Assembly: GCF_963853765.1 (NCBI RefSeq) | Contig: NC_088854.1 | Coordinates: 45,136,001 to 45,200,000 of the forward strand | Source of the DNA: Magallana gigas | Lineage: Eukaryota | Direction: 5' to 3' | DNA length: 64,000 bases | Part shown: in pieces, positions 1-13,024 of the stretch | Layout of the letters: each line of letters begins with the position of its first letter | How positions within the stretch are numbered: position 1 is the first letter of the stretch | Position numbers and translations under genes: made by a program | The notes under the pieces: generated by a model | The model's database searches: none | The model's input: only the letters and a program-made list of their open reading frames with translations | What the model was told of the DNA's origin: nothing

Positions 1-628
1 GCCCCTACCCCATGTGGCCCCACCTTACTCCTGAAGATTATGAGCTTGACAAATTTTCATCTACACTGTCTGAACTGACTTTTTTAGGCAGATTGTGTTT
101 TAGAAGATGTTTTTTCCCTATATATATCCCTATGTATTAATTTGACCCCTTTCTATTATAGCCCCACCCTACCCGCAGCAATCAAGATTTGAACAAACTT
201 GAATCTTCCCTATCTGAGGATGCTTCCACACAACCTACAGCTTTTCTAGCTAATTTGATTCAGAGAGGAAAATATTTAAAGAATTATTTACTCTATATAT
301 TCCTATGTAAAAATTTGACCCCCTATTTTGGCCTCACCCTACTCATGGGGATCATTATTTGATGAAGCTTGAATATACCCCACCTGAGGATGCTTCCACA
401 CAAGTTACAGCTTTTCTAGCTGACCAGTTTCAGTAAAGAAATTTTAAAGATTACCTCTATACATTACGAGAGGTAAAATGTAAAATTTGACCATTTTGGC
501 AACACCCTACATTAAGAGCCCCTACCCTATACACTATATGTCACTGAGTGTTTTGGGAGACATGAAATTTAAAATTTTGATAGAAAGAGACTAAGAAGAT
601 AGATTGAGAGACTCAGGTGATCTAAAAA
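1..628 (+). mobile_element. Helentron-type non-autonomous element (HINE-like) carrying degenerate ~145-170 bp satellite repeats; 5' end outside window
   Basis: GCCCCACCCT-like motifs recur near 17, 161 and 331. CTGAGGATGCTTCCACACAA and CAGCTTTTCTAGCT each occur twice about 170 bp apart. Ends in CTCAGGTGATCTAAAAA, matching the CTCAGGTGAGCTAAAA terminus of oyster HINEs. Confidence 0.7.
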
Positions 629-726
629 GACAAATATATACATCATTAGGTAAAATGTAATCTTGAAAGTGTTTTCAAGAAAAATGACAAAATTTTGCAA
701 AATCAGAGACTTTTAGACTGACTTAC

Positions 727-879
727 TTTTGAAAGGTAAAAAAAGGGTCCACTTTCCTTCTCCAACAAAATACTAGCATTATGAAACATGAGAAGGCCAA
801 AGTCAAATAACGGGCCTGGAACCTCTTTGCCGTTCACCTACAGAAATTATGGTTATGTCCATATCAAATATATAACAAA

Positions 880-929
<50 letters not shown>

Positions 930-3900
930 AAGTTGAAAATCAAGTTTTAATTCAACACATACCATCAAGTTATGTTCCACCATGTTCCATGCTCTGGGTC
1001 TAAGCATCAGTACAGGAGCATCCTGGATGTTTGGAACGCCTTGTTTTTGATAAAAGAAGAAATAAGGGGCCCATGGGCCACATTGCTCACCTAAGCAATG
1101 GCAGCCATAATATGATCAGATTCATAAAGTCAAATACAAAATAGCTAGACAATGTAGTATAACAGATCCTGTATGAAAAAAAATTTAAGTTTTCCCTCCA
1201 GATAATCTATTGTTCTATTACATGTATTCTATCATTGAGTCCCTTTTGTCAGAGGACGTATGTACAGTCATATCACAATTTAAGCATTGAATTTCTCAAG
1301 AAGATCTAAATCAAATAGAATATAAACCCACATCAAACATGTGAAGCCCAAGAACTGTCCAGGAACCAAAGTCTAAACAATGTTAAAGAATTAACAGAAT
1401 GTCAAAATGCTTGCATTTGGTGTCTGAGAAGACGATTTTTAAAGATTTCTATTGGACAGAAGGACACTGGACAAAAAGTAATCAAAAAAACTTGCTTGAG
1501 TTTTCAGCTCTGGTGAGCTAAAAATTGATACCACATTGTAGTTTTTAAGTCTATTTAATAGATGTTTTCTTCATAGCATTAATTGTACACATTATTATGC
1601 ATAAATTGTGTTTGGTATCTGAACTAGGCAGAGTTGGGGTCAATTACTTTGAAAAGTAATTAATTACTTTCAAATACATTGACAATTTTATCAATTACTT
1701 GCAATTACAATTACATCGATTTTTTAAAATGTAATTAATTACTCTCAATTACTTTGATAAATGTAATTAATTACATTTCAAATACTTTAGTTTTATTTTT
1801 TTAAATCTTGAGAACATATACATATATTAACGGCATTAAGATATACAGAGCTTTATGTAAGGTTATATTTTTAAAGGTTGTACAGTTCAGTTCAGATCAG
1901 ATTTCTTGAAAATTTCTAGAAAATTTTTTTTTAACATTAAATTCATTAAGTACCATTGAGTTCATTTTTGGTTCTGAATAATATTTTCTCTATAGTGAAT
2001 TAATTTTTATTCACATATTAAAACTATGTTTATTCAGAAAGTACAACTTCCGGCAGTACAGCATATCAGTATACAAATAAAAATTGCTATAATTCACAAG
2101 AAAGAGATATTTTGACTCCCTTAAGTCTAAAATCAATGGGGGTTCCTGGGTATTAGAGGAGTTCACACCTCCACAAAATTAGATCTTTACCTATTGCCCT
2201 GGGCAGTGTGTTATGCTGTATAAACATATGAAAAATTATGGGACATTTAATTATTGTATAAACAAAAGTCCATGCCAAACATGTATAAAATCTATTTATC
2301 ATTATAAGACACCGATTTTATATTTTAAACTTGGAAAAAAAGTAATTGAGATGTAATTGAAAAGTAATTGAAAATACACAATATTTTTGGAATGTATTTT
2401 TAAAAATACATTCAATTACTTGTAATTGAAGACAGGCTCAATTACAAATTACTTTCAATTACTTTGAAAAATGTAATTAATTACACTCAATTACAAATAC
2501 TTTTTTCAATTACCCCATCCCTGGAACTCGGTATGCTAGCACACGTATTGAAAATGTTTGAATCATTTCTTTCTATTTAGTGATCATACAAAATTCCTAC
2601 AAGCATGCAATGCAAGCTACTGGTACTTTGTTTTTCATCTTATATGTACCATATTCCTCTGATATGGGAGATTTATTTACTCTCACATAAATAAGTAATT
2701 ATCATTAATATTTATGAATGGGCCTCGTCACATATTGACCAAAAACAGCTGAATCACATCATAATGAAAACGATCTTCAAATATGTTTTGACTAATTACA
2801 TTTAAAATCTTATCTTCACATACCCATATACAGATATAGAGATTGCAATGAGGACATGAACAACAATACAATGAAAAAATTATACCTAAATCTTAAGACT
2901 CTAACATAAGTCTATACCTTAACTTAACCAGCTTCATGACATGTATCAAACTACACTCTTAAAATCCTTAAGTCTTTACTATCTACCTTAACTGAATTTA
3001 TCTTAATACATGTATTAAGTTACATTATTTACCTCCGATACATGTTCATGTATTAATTAAGCTACATTATTGTACCTGGTAAGGTGTTGTGTACCGCTCG
3101 GTAAACATTATGTAACCCTTGGAGCTGGTTGGTCCAGGTTGGACAATGGCCATCATCAAAGTCAGTCTGGTAAAAATATTAAAAATGTCATGTACTGGTA
3201 CTGATAATTAAGTACATATAATTCAACCTCTATAAATCATCATTCTTTGATAAGATTTTATTTTTTCCTTCAAACAACAAAGACATTTTCAAATTTAGTT
3301 GGAATATCTCAAAATTGGTAAAAAAAAAAATAAATCAATAGAATCAAATCCCCCCTCCCATCCCCCCCCCCTTTAAAAAAGTAATTTATTTATTGATAAC
3401 CCGGTAAGTTTTATGGTTTTCATGGAACTCTTTTTAAGATTAATTGCTATGTGAATCAAAAGATCAACAGGCTATCAGGCAGCTGAATATTATCAAGTTG
3501 AATGAAGTTTTTAGATACAGTTACCGTACACTTGGTACATGTATTACATAGAAATCTTGAAAGCCATGGGAACATGTATGTCAAAGTGATCTGGAATTCT
3601 TAAATATTTACTGAGTCCAAATTGATGTGTTTTTAGCTCAGTATCAAGAACCCTTCGATTTGCTGCAGTTCTGATATACTGCAATTTTGAAAAACTTCAA
3701 TCTTAATTTTCAATTACAGGTACTGTACTATTAAGAGCAAAAAAGGGAATGATCGAAATAAAAAAAAATTCTGTCCCAAATACACAATAACCTTTGCCTG
3801 TTGGGAGTTATTCATAAAACGTGGCACAAATTTAATCAAATAAGGTGAACTTATGCTTTCTCATGCCTTTTGGTTTTGTACCATCATTAATGACAAATTC

Positions 3901-6900
3901 AACTTTTTAAAAATTTACCGCTAATTACCAAATCGTCAGCCAAAATGGTAACTATGTCAGTTAAACGGATAATAGATGTCACTGTACTCTTAATATCTTA
4001 AAACTGTGGATTGTCATGCACTTTGATAAGGAAACTATGAAAAGTTTAACTCAATGAAAGTGCATATAGGTACTTCTGTTCTTGCTGCAAAATTTGGGTT
4101 GATCAGTCTTGAAACTTCTTGTAACAATAAAAAAAAAATGTGGCCAACATATTTAAAAACACCTGAATTCATTATATAAAAATGACTCAGTTGTTGTTTA
4201 ATAGAATAGTTCTACATTGTCAGAAACAGTGATTTGTACTCTAACATATTAAAATCAACAGTTCAGACTGATTCAATACAACCCCCCCCCCCCCCCCCCC
4301 AAAAAAAAAAAAAAAACCAGCATCAAAAAACCAAATGCAGTATGTGAAGTTGAAACGACTTGAGAATACCATAGCACTAGAACCTCATCATGATCAAAGG
4401 AGAAATAGAGAAATGACGTCAGAGTTAAACTTTCTAACATACTTTCCATGTGTATTTCATAATGATTAAAAAAAATATCTATGTAATTTCCTACTTAAAC
4501 ACTTGAATTTACCAGTAGATATCCTCAAATATTGTGCAACTACATAGATACATCATTTATGATTGGATAGGGTTTGGAGCATTCTGAACAATCCTAACTT
4601 TTACTAAAAAAAGGATTATTTCAAGAAAAGGACATATAATCTAATCTTAAAACTTCCATGCACACCAAAGGATATAAAATTCTATTATATCCAAACACAT
4701 GTAATTTCAGGCTTGTTTTGTTTCAGTGGTTTCAATCCTTTTATATAACATTAACATGATAAAATTAACACAATACAATTTTGACATCTGCAAGCAACTC
4801 TTCGAAGCACCAGTAATATTACATTCAGTGATAATAGGATGGTATATACATGTATGGGCTTCGCTGATGACAGAGATAATTCTGCTAACACTGTTAATGC
4901 AACCCTTTGGTAGGTTTTGGATGATGTCTTCCATTATTGGGTGTAAACAATTTGGACATGTCAGTCAAGTGTCTGAGGACTGGCCGCTCAGTAGGATCCC
5001 GAACAAACTGTGAGACTTGCAGACAAATGACATTTAAAACACCTGTTTTGAAATCGAAATACCTACCAGGTGACAATTATTAGTTAGCAATTAATAATCA
5101 ACTTCAGTTTCTATGGTAACTTTTGTGTAATAAAATGACTATAAATTGAAGCCATTTACCTGGAACACCTCAGTTTGAACCCAGGAATCTCCAGGTATGT
5201 TGTTTCTCATCACTTTCATGTGAAAATATCTCTTATATTTTGTAGTTAATTTTTATAATACCATATCACATTTTTCAAAAAAAAAAGATTAAATCTAAAT
5301 TCCTAGCTATCATAAAACCATGATAATGTTCGATTCAACTTTATGATGATATTATCCATCATTTTCAAACCTAAATGGGAGGTGGATGAGGGTGGGTGGT
5401 GAGTTTTGTGTGGTTCACGTTTTTTAATTACACCCTTTAAGGAGGCTGGATGGTCAACAAATTTTTTTTTCTGGATGATCAACAAATTAACCATCAGATC
5501 TAACTAGAATTTTAAGGTATGATAGGTTTGGCTATAAATTATTATTTAGTAAAGAAAAAATCCATAAAATTAATCTTTTAAATTTGGGTATTTTCTATAT
5601 TTTTATATAGAGCTCTTCTTCTAGAGAAGATCAATAGAGTCTAAAAATGGCCACAACCATTGAGCCTTCTTAAAGGGTTTTCCACCATTGTAATTTGTAA
5701 TAATTTTCACACTGTAAATTGATCTAAAATGTGTTTTAAACAAATTCTCGGGCTTATTTAAAGGGTATATAAAAATTTAACTCTAATTAATCCATATTCA
5801 TTTGTTGATTTTCCATTTAAAAAAACCAACTCCTTACTAAAGCTTCAGATCGCCAGTAAAATATATCTTTTGGTTTTGTTTCACTCCAAAATCCATGAAA
5901 TATTATAGAAATATTTTTCATGCATGGAAAGCCTGAAAGAAATATTTTTCACTCTATCAAAATGTGAAACAGAATATATTTATTGTATTCACTATAATTT
6001 AGAAGATGCCGAATTTTGATATTATGACTATATCATGGCTTTAAATGTTTTTTTAAATTTTGCAGGGTGAGAATTCTTAGTCATTTTGACAATATCATGT
6101 CAACTTTATATGTTTTTAAACTTTGCAGGGTTAGAACCCAAGATTAATGATGTTACCAGGCAAAGGAGCTGAGCATCTGGTTCACTCAGCTGATCCCACT
6201 TGAACAGCCAGGATAATAACATGGGAAATGTAAGAACACTATTGATGCCTGTAACAGTCACTGTTGTTTAAATTTTCTTGAATGAAACGGGAAAGGGGAA
6301 GGGCAGTAAGACTACCAGTAATGAAACTTGCTTGATATGGGGAGAGTAATACATTATATTTAATAACTTAAAGTTGGACTGAGAGGGGGAGAGGAAAGGA
6401 GGGGGAGAGGAGGGGAGGGGGGTGATTCTGTGAAGTGTCCACTATGTTTACCAGGGAGTATTTTAATTCCCATTACTCTTCCATATCATAAAAAAAGATG
6501 CATTGGTATAACTTAAATTTGGAAAAGAAATAATTTTATGATTGTAAAGTAAAGTTCCTTTTGATAATCTGCATTTTGCATTAATCATAGCGTAGCCAGT
6601 AACTAGTCCCGTCACCTTATGTGAGAGTTTACACACTGCGACCATTTGGTAACCATAGAAGGTGTGCTCCTGTGTCTGTTGTTCAGAGTGTTGTTTCAAA
6701 CATTTACCAAAGCTAATTTTGATAACTTTGGTAAATGTATGTGCATTGTGGCTGAATGAGCAAGAATAAAAGGGATAAGATGCTAGCAATACTAAATAAT
6801 ACTTTACCCAAATGTTCCCTAGATTAACATGTTGTAAAGTTATATGTTAATTAAATGTTATCCCCGATATTGAAGAGTCCAACACCTATTTCTGAAGAGT

Positions 6901-8924
6901 ACATGTTGTAGCTGTGTAGTTCCAGTCATCAAAGACCTTATTTGGGGACACTGAGATCAGCCTGATGTGGTTTTGTAAGATGGTCATTGTGTGACAGAAA
7001 TCCAATGACAATCTAACAATACCCATCATGCCATTCATGAACAACCAATTTGTTTTGTCTCTCTTAACATGTTGCCACAGGATGTTTGGTGTAAAAATGA
7101 TGTCTTATCAGTCAAAAATAAACATGATAAGCATTGCTTACACCATTAAAATTGTGGTATTTTTCTCCAAAATTCACTGTTCCTCATGAACATAAAAAAA
7201 GTTCACATTTTTTCTTAAATGTGTAAAATTATTTGTTCGTCTTTTACCTTTATTGCACTACATGTACATGTATATTTAAAGTCAACCCTCTACTGTATTT
7301 TGGTATCGATTTCATACTTTCAAAACCAACATAACAACTTGAGTATTGCTAAGAGATATATTTACCGGTACTTGAATAATAATATTTAGTTGACTAGTTC
7401 ACTTACATTTAGTTGCGTATCTTCTATGATTTTTACCGATGTTGATTATTGTTACGGTATATTTTCTAACCTGTATTCCTTGTGCTGAAGATTTCAGTGC
7501 TGCAACAAAGTGGGACGTGTTGCTAGGAGACACATCACCAAGGTCAACATGGCGACACTGAAGCCTTCTGGGAACAGGAGAGACAGTCCAACTTGACTGT
7601 CGAATGTGAGCAGTGCTTGGATCAAAATCAGGAAGAGTGTCAGACTGTTTCAACTCTAGTTTTCTCCATTCTCTCGCTTGTAGCACCTTAGAGAAAATGT
7701 CAAAGGATTCCACCACATCTTTACAGAGACCAAATATTTAAAACAATTAGCTATAAAAAATTGCATGTCCATGTCTGTTTGATAAAAAAAATTACAACTT
7801 GTTTATAATAGAAACAGTTAATAAAATAGATTGTTCACCTGTGTGACTTTCTCATCAAATTCTTGAACAAGTTCTGAGAGAAACTGAACTGCTTTTGGAG
7901 TCAGCAATGTTCTGTAGGCTTCCTCACAGTTAACCAGGGGGTCTGCTACCTCTGTGTTCGAGATCCCCATCTACATGTACAATCACAATTCATAAACATG
8001 ATAAAGGGTCAGCGAAAAAAAGCAACTTTTTAAAAACAGTCAATCATATGCTTTATTAAATCATCTGTCCATTAAAAACTTTTCAGGAGAACTACAGTTC
8101 TGCAGCTATGTTGAGGTTAAAAACCAATGAAATGTATCAAGGTTACTGTATACAAGACTATATGTACAATGTACAACAATAAACTTTGCCTGCATTCCTT
8201 ACAATTTGTAAATACAACTGAAAACATAATCTTTGATTTCTGCAAACATTGCAGTTGCAATGATATTGAGTACTGTAAACGTATTACATTTGGCTGTGTA
8301 TTCTATTTGGCGTTTTTTGGCGGAAAACGCCGTCCGCTAAATCAAGTACATCGCCAAATGTAAAATAAATAAGTCGATAAATAGATACAATCAGAAATGC
8401 TCTAAATCAAATCCACGTTAACTTGTTAAAAAATCATATTTCGCTAAATATTGTACACGCTAAATATACCTGGTAATACGTTTACAGTACCTTTTTTATA
8501 TCAAAGCCTAAAAACTATAGGAGATTCATACTGAAAAAATTGGGTGTCAAAAAATGTGATTAAAATTTAAAATGCAATTATAAGTGACCGTGGGGTTGAT
8601 CAAATCCTTTATAGTCAAATTTCGTTATCTCGAACTAGATTGGGGTGTTGAAAAACTTCGAGATATCCGAGTATTCGAGGCTAAAATACTTAAAAATAGG
8701 TGGTTAGGACTTAAAAATCACTTCGACATATCCATTGTATTCCAGATATCTGTGTTCGAGATATCGAAGTTCAACTGTATACTATCACAAACCAGGAGGG
8801 ATCCAATATTGCTTACCTTTCTAAGTTCTTGATGCAAGTAAAAGGATTCTCCTTTCAATGAACAAGACTTTGGTTGAATTTCAGCAGCAGACATTTTTCG
8901 CTGTGTGTTAAGAAAACTCTCCAT
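727..8924 (-). CDS. Malate synthase (MS-A-like), 5' portion; gene continues beyond the left edge
   Basis: Phase-consistent GT-AG exons: 8817-8924, 7839-7970, 7471-7686, 3076-3166, 963-1039, 727-837. Translation includes LLTPKAVQFLSELVQEF, PDFDPSTAHIRQSSWTVSPVP, TDFDDGHCPTWTNQLQG, LMLRPRAWNMVEH and VPGPLFDFGLLMFHNA...GPFFYLSK, all collinear with malate synthase A motifs (DFEDS.PTW, RPRGW, FDFGLYFFHN, GPYFYLPK). The start ATG at 8924 is less certain. Confidence 0.9.
883..925. repeat. (TC)n microsatellite in a malate synthase intron
   Basis: Uninterrupted TC dinucleotide run. Confidence 0.95.
1061..1524 (+). mobile_element. Degenerate Helentron/HINE-like element
   Basis: Begins AATAAGGGGCCCATGGGCCACATTGCTCACCT and ends GGACAGAAGGAC...TCAGCTCTGGTGAGCTAAAAA. 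A similar head (AACAAGGCCCATGGGC...CACCTGA) occurs near 9913. Confidence 0.55.
1629..2523. mobile_element. hAT-type non-autonomous element (895 bp)
   Basis: Imperfect TIRs CAGAGTTGGGGT / CCCCATCCCTG. Flanks GAACTAGG (1621-1628) and GAACTCGG (2524-2531) form an 8-bp TSD with one mismatch. Dense subterminal GTAATT/AATTAC repeats. Confidence 0.8.
8271..8489. mobile_element. TA-flanked MITE (Tc1/mariner-like)
   Basis: Terminal inverted repeats TACTGTAAACGTATTA / TAATACGTTTACAGTA. A shorter relative lies at 17651-17780. Confidence 0.7.
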
Positions 8925-9053
8925 TTTACTATGAAAAGAAAAAAAAAATTCTGTCTTTATACCTGCCATAAACATGCTGCAATTTCTAAATTGAATAGTG
9001 TAAAGGCTGAAAACAGTACCTGCTGTGTAAATCTAAAACAAAATACCACATTA

Positions 9054-9227
9054 CAGTGAAACACGGTTATAGCGAACACGCTTATAATGAATTGACGCTT
9101 ACAGTGAAGTAAATTTCATTCCCCAAGTCTCTATTTCATGTTGTAAATTTGACGGATATAACGAATTACGTTTATAACGAAGTTAAATTGGCCGTCCCTG
9201 GGACTTCGTTATAAGCGTGTTTTACTG
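9054..9227. mobile_element. 174-bp Tc1/mariner (pogo-like) MITE, copy 1
   Basis: TIRs CAGTGAAACACG / CGTGTTTTACTG with TA on both sides. Near-identical to 16894-17067. Confidence 0.85.
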
Positions 9228-9706
9228 TAATAATTTTTAATGCGAAAAATAGGAATAAATAAACATTCAATGCAAAAACTTATACATAAAAATGTTTGCC
9301 AAGTAGTTTAATTGACTTTATAACCTACGGATAAAAGATAAACAAATCTGTCCAATTTTGTACAAAATAACAAAATATTTCCTTTAGACTGACAGGTAAA
9401 TTTCAATATTCAATAAAATCAATGTATCATATACACTTTTTGTTCGCCATGCAGGAAGTATCTTACAGGGCTTTAAAGCTTGATTACATGTTGACAGTTA
9501 GAATACAAATACATGTACTGTATTTCTGATTACATAAGAGGAAGGATGTACATTACAAATAATCTCTTCTGTACATTGCATGTTTTCTCCTGTTCAGCTT
9601 TCTTGTTAAAAGACCAAAAGATTTTCACTGCCATATTTTATGCACATATTTAAGGTTTTAATTGCAATGTTAATTTAATATATTTGCAAAATACTGTTTT
9701 TCCTAA

Positions 9707-9900
9707 TACCGTTTATCTGGTAATTTTTGCGATGATCTAATTTTCGCTTTTTTGCGATCTCTTTTAAATCACAAATAACTGAATACGCATAAATTATATC
9801 TTGTAACATTTTCTATAAGAAACTTTTTAAATCGTAAAAAATGACTGAAGCAAATTAATCTGATTTCTGCAAATTTTGTGACAAGTGAAAAAAACCTGAT
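9707..9900. repeat. Dispersed repeat fragment (probable DNA-transposon end); inverted relative at about 61180-61375
   Basis: TACCGTTTATCTGGTAATTTTTGCGATGATCTAATTTTCGCTTTTTTGCGATCTCTTTTAAATCACAAAT matches the reverse complement of the 61300-61375 segment. Confidence 0.6.
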
Positions 9901-11479
9901 AGACGCAATGTAATAACAAGGCCCATGGGCATTAACAGTCACCTGAATAAAACACAACCCTGGGAAGGATCAATAGAAATACATGTACTAATTACAATAC
10001 CATTCCCTTTATTATTATATGGCAGATATGAAGCATGGACGAAAAGATGTTTGGTAAATTGACAGATCTAAACAGTATTCCAGATTTTGGCAATATGTGA
10101 TATATTAGAGGAAGGAGATTATATGATAACCATTTGAGGCACTGTCACAGTATCAGATTGGTCATAATGCACTAATAAAAAATAACCGGTAATAAGTTTG
10201 TGTGGATCGAGCTTCTAAAAAGTAATCAATTTACCAACTGAAAAAAAAATGAAGTGGAGGTGGAGAGGTATGGAATATAATATGCCTCTTATATAGGTAC
10301 TTAGTTGTTCAGTACTTAAATCATTTATTCTTTCTATGAAACAAGAGTTGGGAATTATACGGGGGTAATTTTTAAATAAAAAATGCATCTCACAGTAAAT
10401 AACCTTAATCCCCTCAATCCATGAATAAGAGTATAAATCTGTCCACTTCAATCTCATTATAATAATATGTTAATTTATTTACAATGTACTATAGAATTAG
10501 TGAGAGATACAACGTAACTATAGGTGTCTTTGCAGTAATTTTGCACCCAATTACTAATTTTTATCCCAAAACAAGCACGGAAAAAACAAATTGGATTTTA
10601 GAAACTGTTTAAATGACTGCTTGAAAAAAAATATGAAATCAACCAGTATTCTATTGAAAGTAAAGTAAGGTCAACTACTTAAAGTCCAAAATCAACACAA
10701 ATATTGATGACAAAAAATGAGCATTAGTAAGCCTTCCTACAATAGGCATTGTAAAGGGGTAAGAGAAATAATGACAGATCACACTGCATTCAATCCTACT
10801 CCCCCCTCCCCCCTGAATATCTAGTAAGGTGCTGTACCATTGCTGAGCTATTTGACACAAGTGATCCACCCGGTTTGATTGACCCTCACATTATTTCTCC
10901 CTACCCTATATTTTTGTGCTGTGACTAGCCCCTGGAACTGACAGGTTGACTCCGGATCCTACAAGGGAAAGAACCTCAGATGTTGATCATGGAGAGGTGA
11001 AATCATTTAAGGGGAGAAATGTGAAGGTCAGATCATTTGATCACCGGCACCAGAGAGCTCAACTGGTTCAGCAACTGATAACAGATTTTGGGGGCCTGAA
11101 TTTAAAGTTCGATTCCCAGTATGATGTGTCATTATTTCTCCCATCCTCTTACATTATTAATTAATTTCTCCTTTGTTATTTTCTGCTTTTAAATCTGACC
11201 ATCCGTTCAAAATATCATTCATCTAATGCTAATTTAAATTTGGGTTAATTATGTTTAGATAATCATATTACACCTGTACATAACTCATTTGATATACGGC
11301 ATGTTGACATATAGTGTTAATTTTATGATAGAAGCAAAAGTTTTATAAGATTATCTTTAAGAGAGACATAATTAAATAACAGAGATTGGCAATTAACTGC
11401 GCCATTAACGTGTTTTGTTGTTGAATAATAGTACGGGACCAACCTTACTTTGTGAACTACATTATAGTTGATAGTATAT

Positions 11480-11903
11480 GCACCCTCTGTGAAGAAAATG
11501 AATGGAAACTGCAAATAACTGAAATTTTTCTATGTCCAAGAGCCATAACTCTGTCGAAAATTGCTCAATCGTATCGAATATCGAACTTGACCTAGATATT
11601 ATTATGATAAACCTGTATACCAAATTTCTTTTCAAATATGTTCATCCTCTGCGAAGAAAATGAGTGGAAACTGCAAATAACTGGTATTTTTCTTCTACCA
11701 AGGGCCATAACTCTGTCGAAAATTGCTCGATCGTACCCAATATCGAACTTGACCTAGATATTATCATGATAAACCTGTATACCAAATTTCATTTCAATAA
11801 GTTCATCCTCTGCCAAGAAAATGAACGGAAACTCTTGGTGGCTTGACCGACCGACAGACAGCAACAAAGCAATATGCCCTCCCTTCTTCGAAACGGGGCA
11901 TAA
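11480..11903 (+). mobile_element. 3' part of a Helentron/HINE element with about 2.1 copies of a 162-bp repeat
   Basis: AAGAAAATGARYGGAAACT recurs near 11491, 11653 and 11814. Followed by a GACC/GACA microsatellite and the terminal hairpin GCCCTCCCTTCTTCGAAACGGGGCATAA. Confidence 0.8.
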
Positions 11904-12262
11904 TAATGTGTTAGCCTAAAAGTCGATTATAGAAATTCTTAATCCAAGTGAAAATTTTAAGTTATTAAACTTAAAATTTTATAAGAGAGGATAACTCTTT
12001 CATTACCGATAACTCTAGTTTATGAAAAGCGGAGGCGGATTGAGTTTTATACCATGAATATATTAATTGAAATGAAAAGGTAACATAACCAATTACCTAC
12101 ACTAAAACCACAATAAGAATGTAAATCTTATGGATGTTTTTACGGAATAAATGAATATATGCTTGTTGACACCGAAAATGACAGAAATGGAAATGTGTGC
12201 TGAATGTATATAATTGAAGTAAGAATGTACATTAAATGTCATTGTGAAAACTTCTGACACAT

Positions 12263-12278
12263 TTGACGTTAACGTCAA
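12263..12278. promoter_or_regulatory. Perfect 16-bp palindrome TTGACGTTAACGTCAA (two TGACG half-sites) between divergently oriented genes
   Basis: The palindrome is seen directly. A bZIP/CRE-type role is inference. Confidence 0.35.
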
Positions 12279-13024
12279 CAACGTCGAACTTATTTACTTC
12301 GCAAAGTAAATAACAGGATAATGCCCTCAAATGTTCCTATTTTTCCAATTTTACCAGTCTTGCTCAAGTGCCAAAAAGTGCTGTGAGAGCCGTGTATTAA
12401 CCTGTTTACTGATAGGCCTATACCGGTATTTTGGGTCTTGTCAGTCCCTATACATTAAACTACTAAACAGCAACCTAGCTTGCACAGCGTTTATAATAAA
12501 GAAATCAATTGCTTACCATAATTTGTGCTCTTGGTCTTCTAGAATGTTTCAATTCTTTACGCCACCCTCTTTTTATTATAGGACCCTAGTTTACATAATG
12601 ATTGCCTCAAAAACAAATAACGTGGCCTCGAGGTATGGTCATAGAAAGTGTGTCAATATTCTAATCATTGAGTACGCCTTTTTTAACTTCATTAAAGAAG
12701 ATCTAGTTTCACAACAACTAACATGCCACCCACTGAGGTAGGAGAGTTGCGTGATTTAACATCTAGTTTTGTGATGATTTTATGTAAATTTAAACATATA
12801 TTGACATACACATAATTAAAAGACAATCTTTAAAGTGTGTTTATGCGTTTTAATGCCACAAACTACAGCTATATTCTTAAGCATTGAAGCAGTCAGCCAT
12901 GTCAATATGGAACAGAGTATATGTAATATTTCATTGTCTGACGACGTTATACTGCTCTTAATCAATTATAAGAGGAAATTTAAAAAAACTCCTTTTTTAT
13001 TTGTATTTTGGTGTTTATCAGATT

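Noticed and set aside
1640-2520. CRISPR-like or regulatory repeat array
   Set aside because: Irregular 6-bp motifs inside a TIR/TSD-bounded element in eukaryotic DNA; no constant repeat-spacer period.
4707-5076. Overlapping short ORFs in a malate synthase intron
   Set aside because: No recognisable motif, not needed for the spliced frame (exon 7471 joins 3166 in phase 0), and other frames contain stops. A decayed transposase fragment is possible but unsupported.
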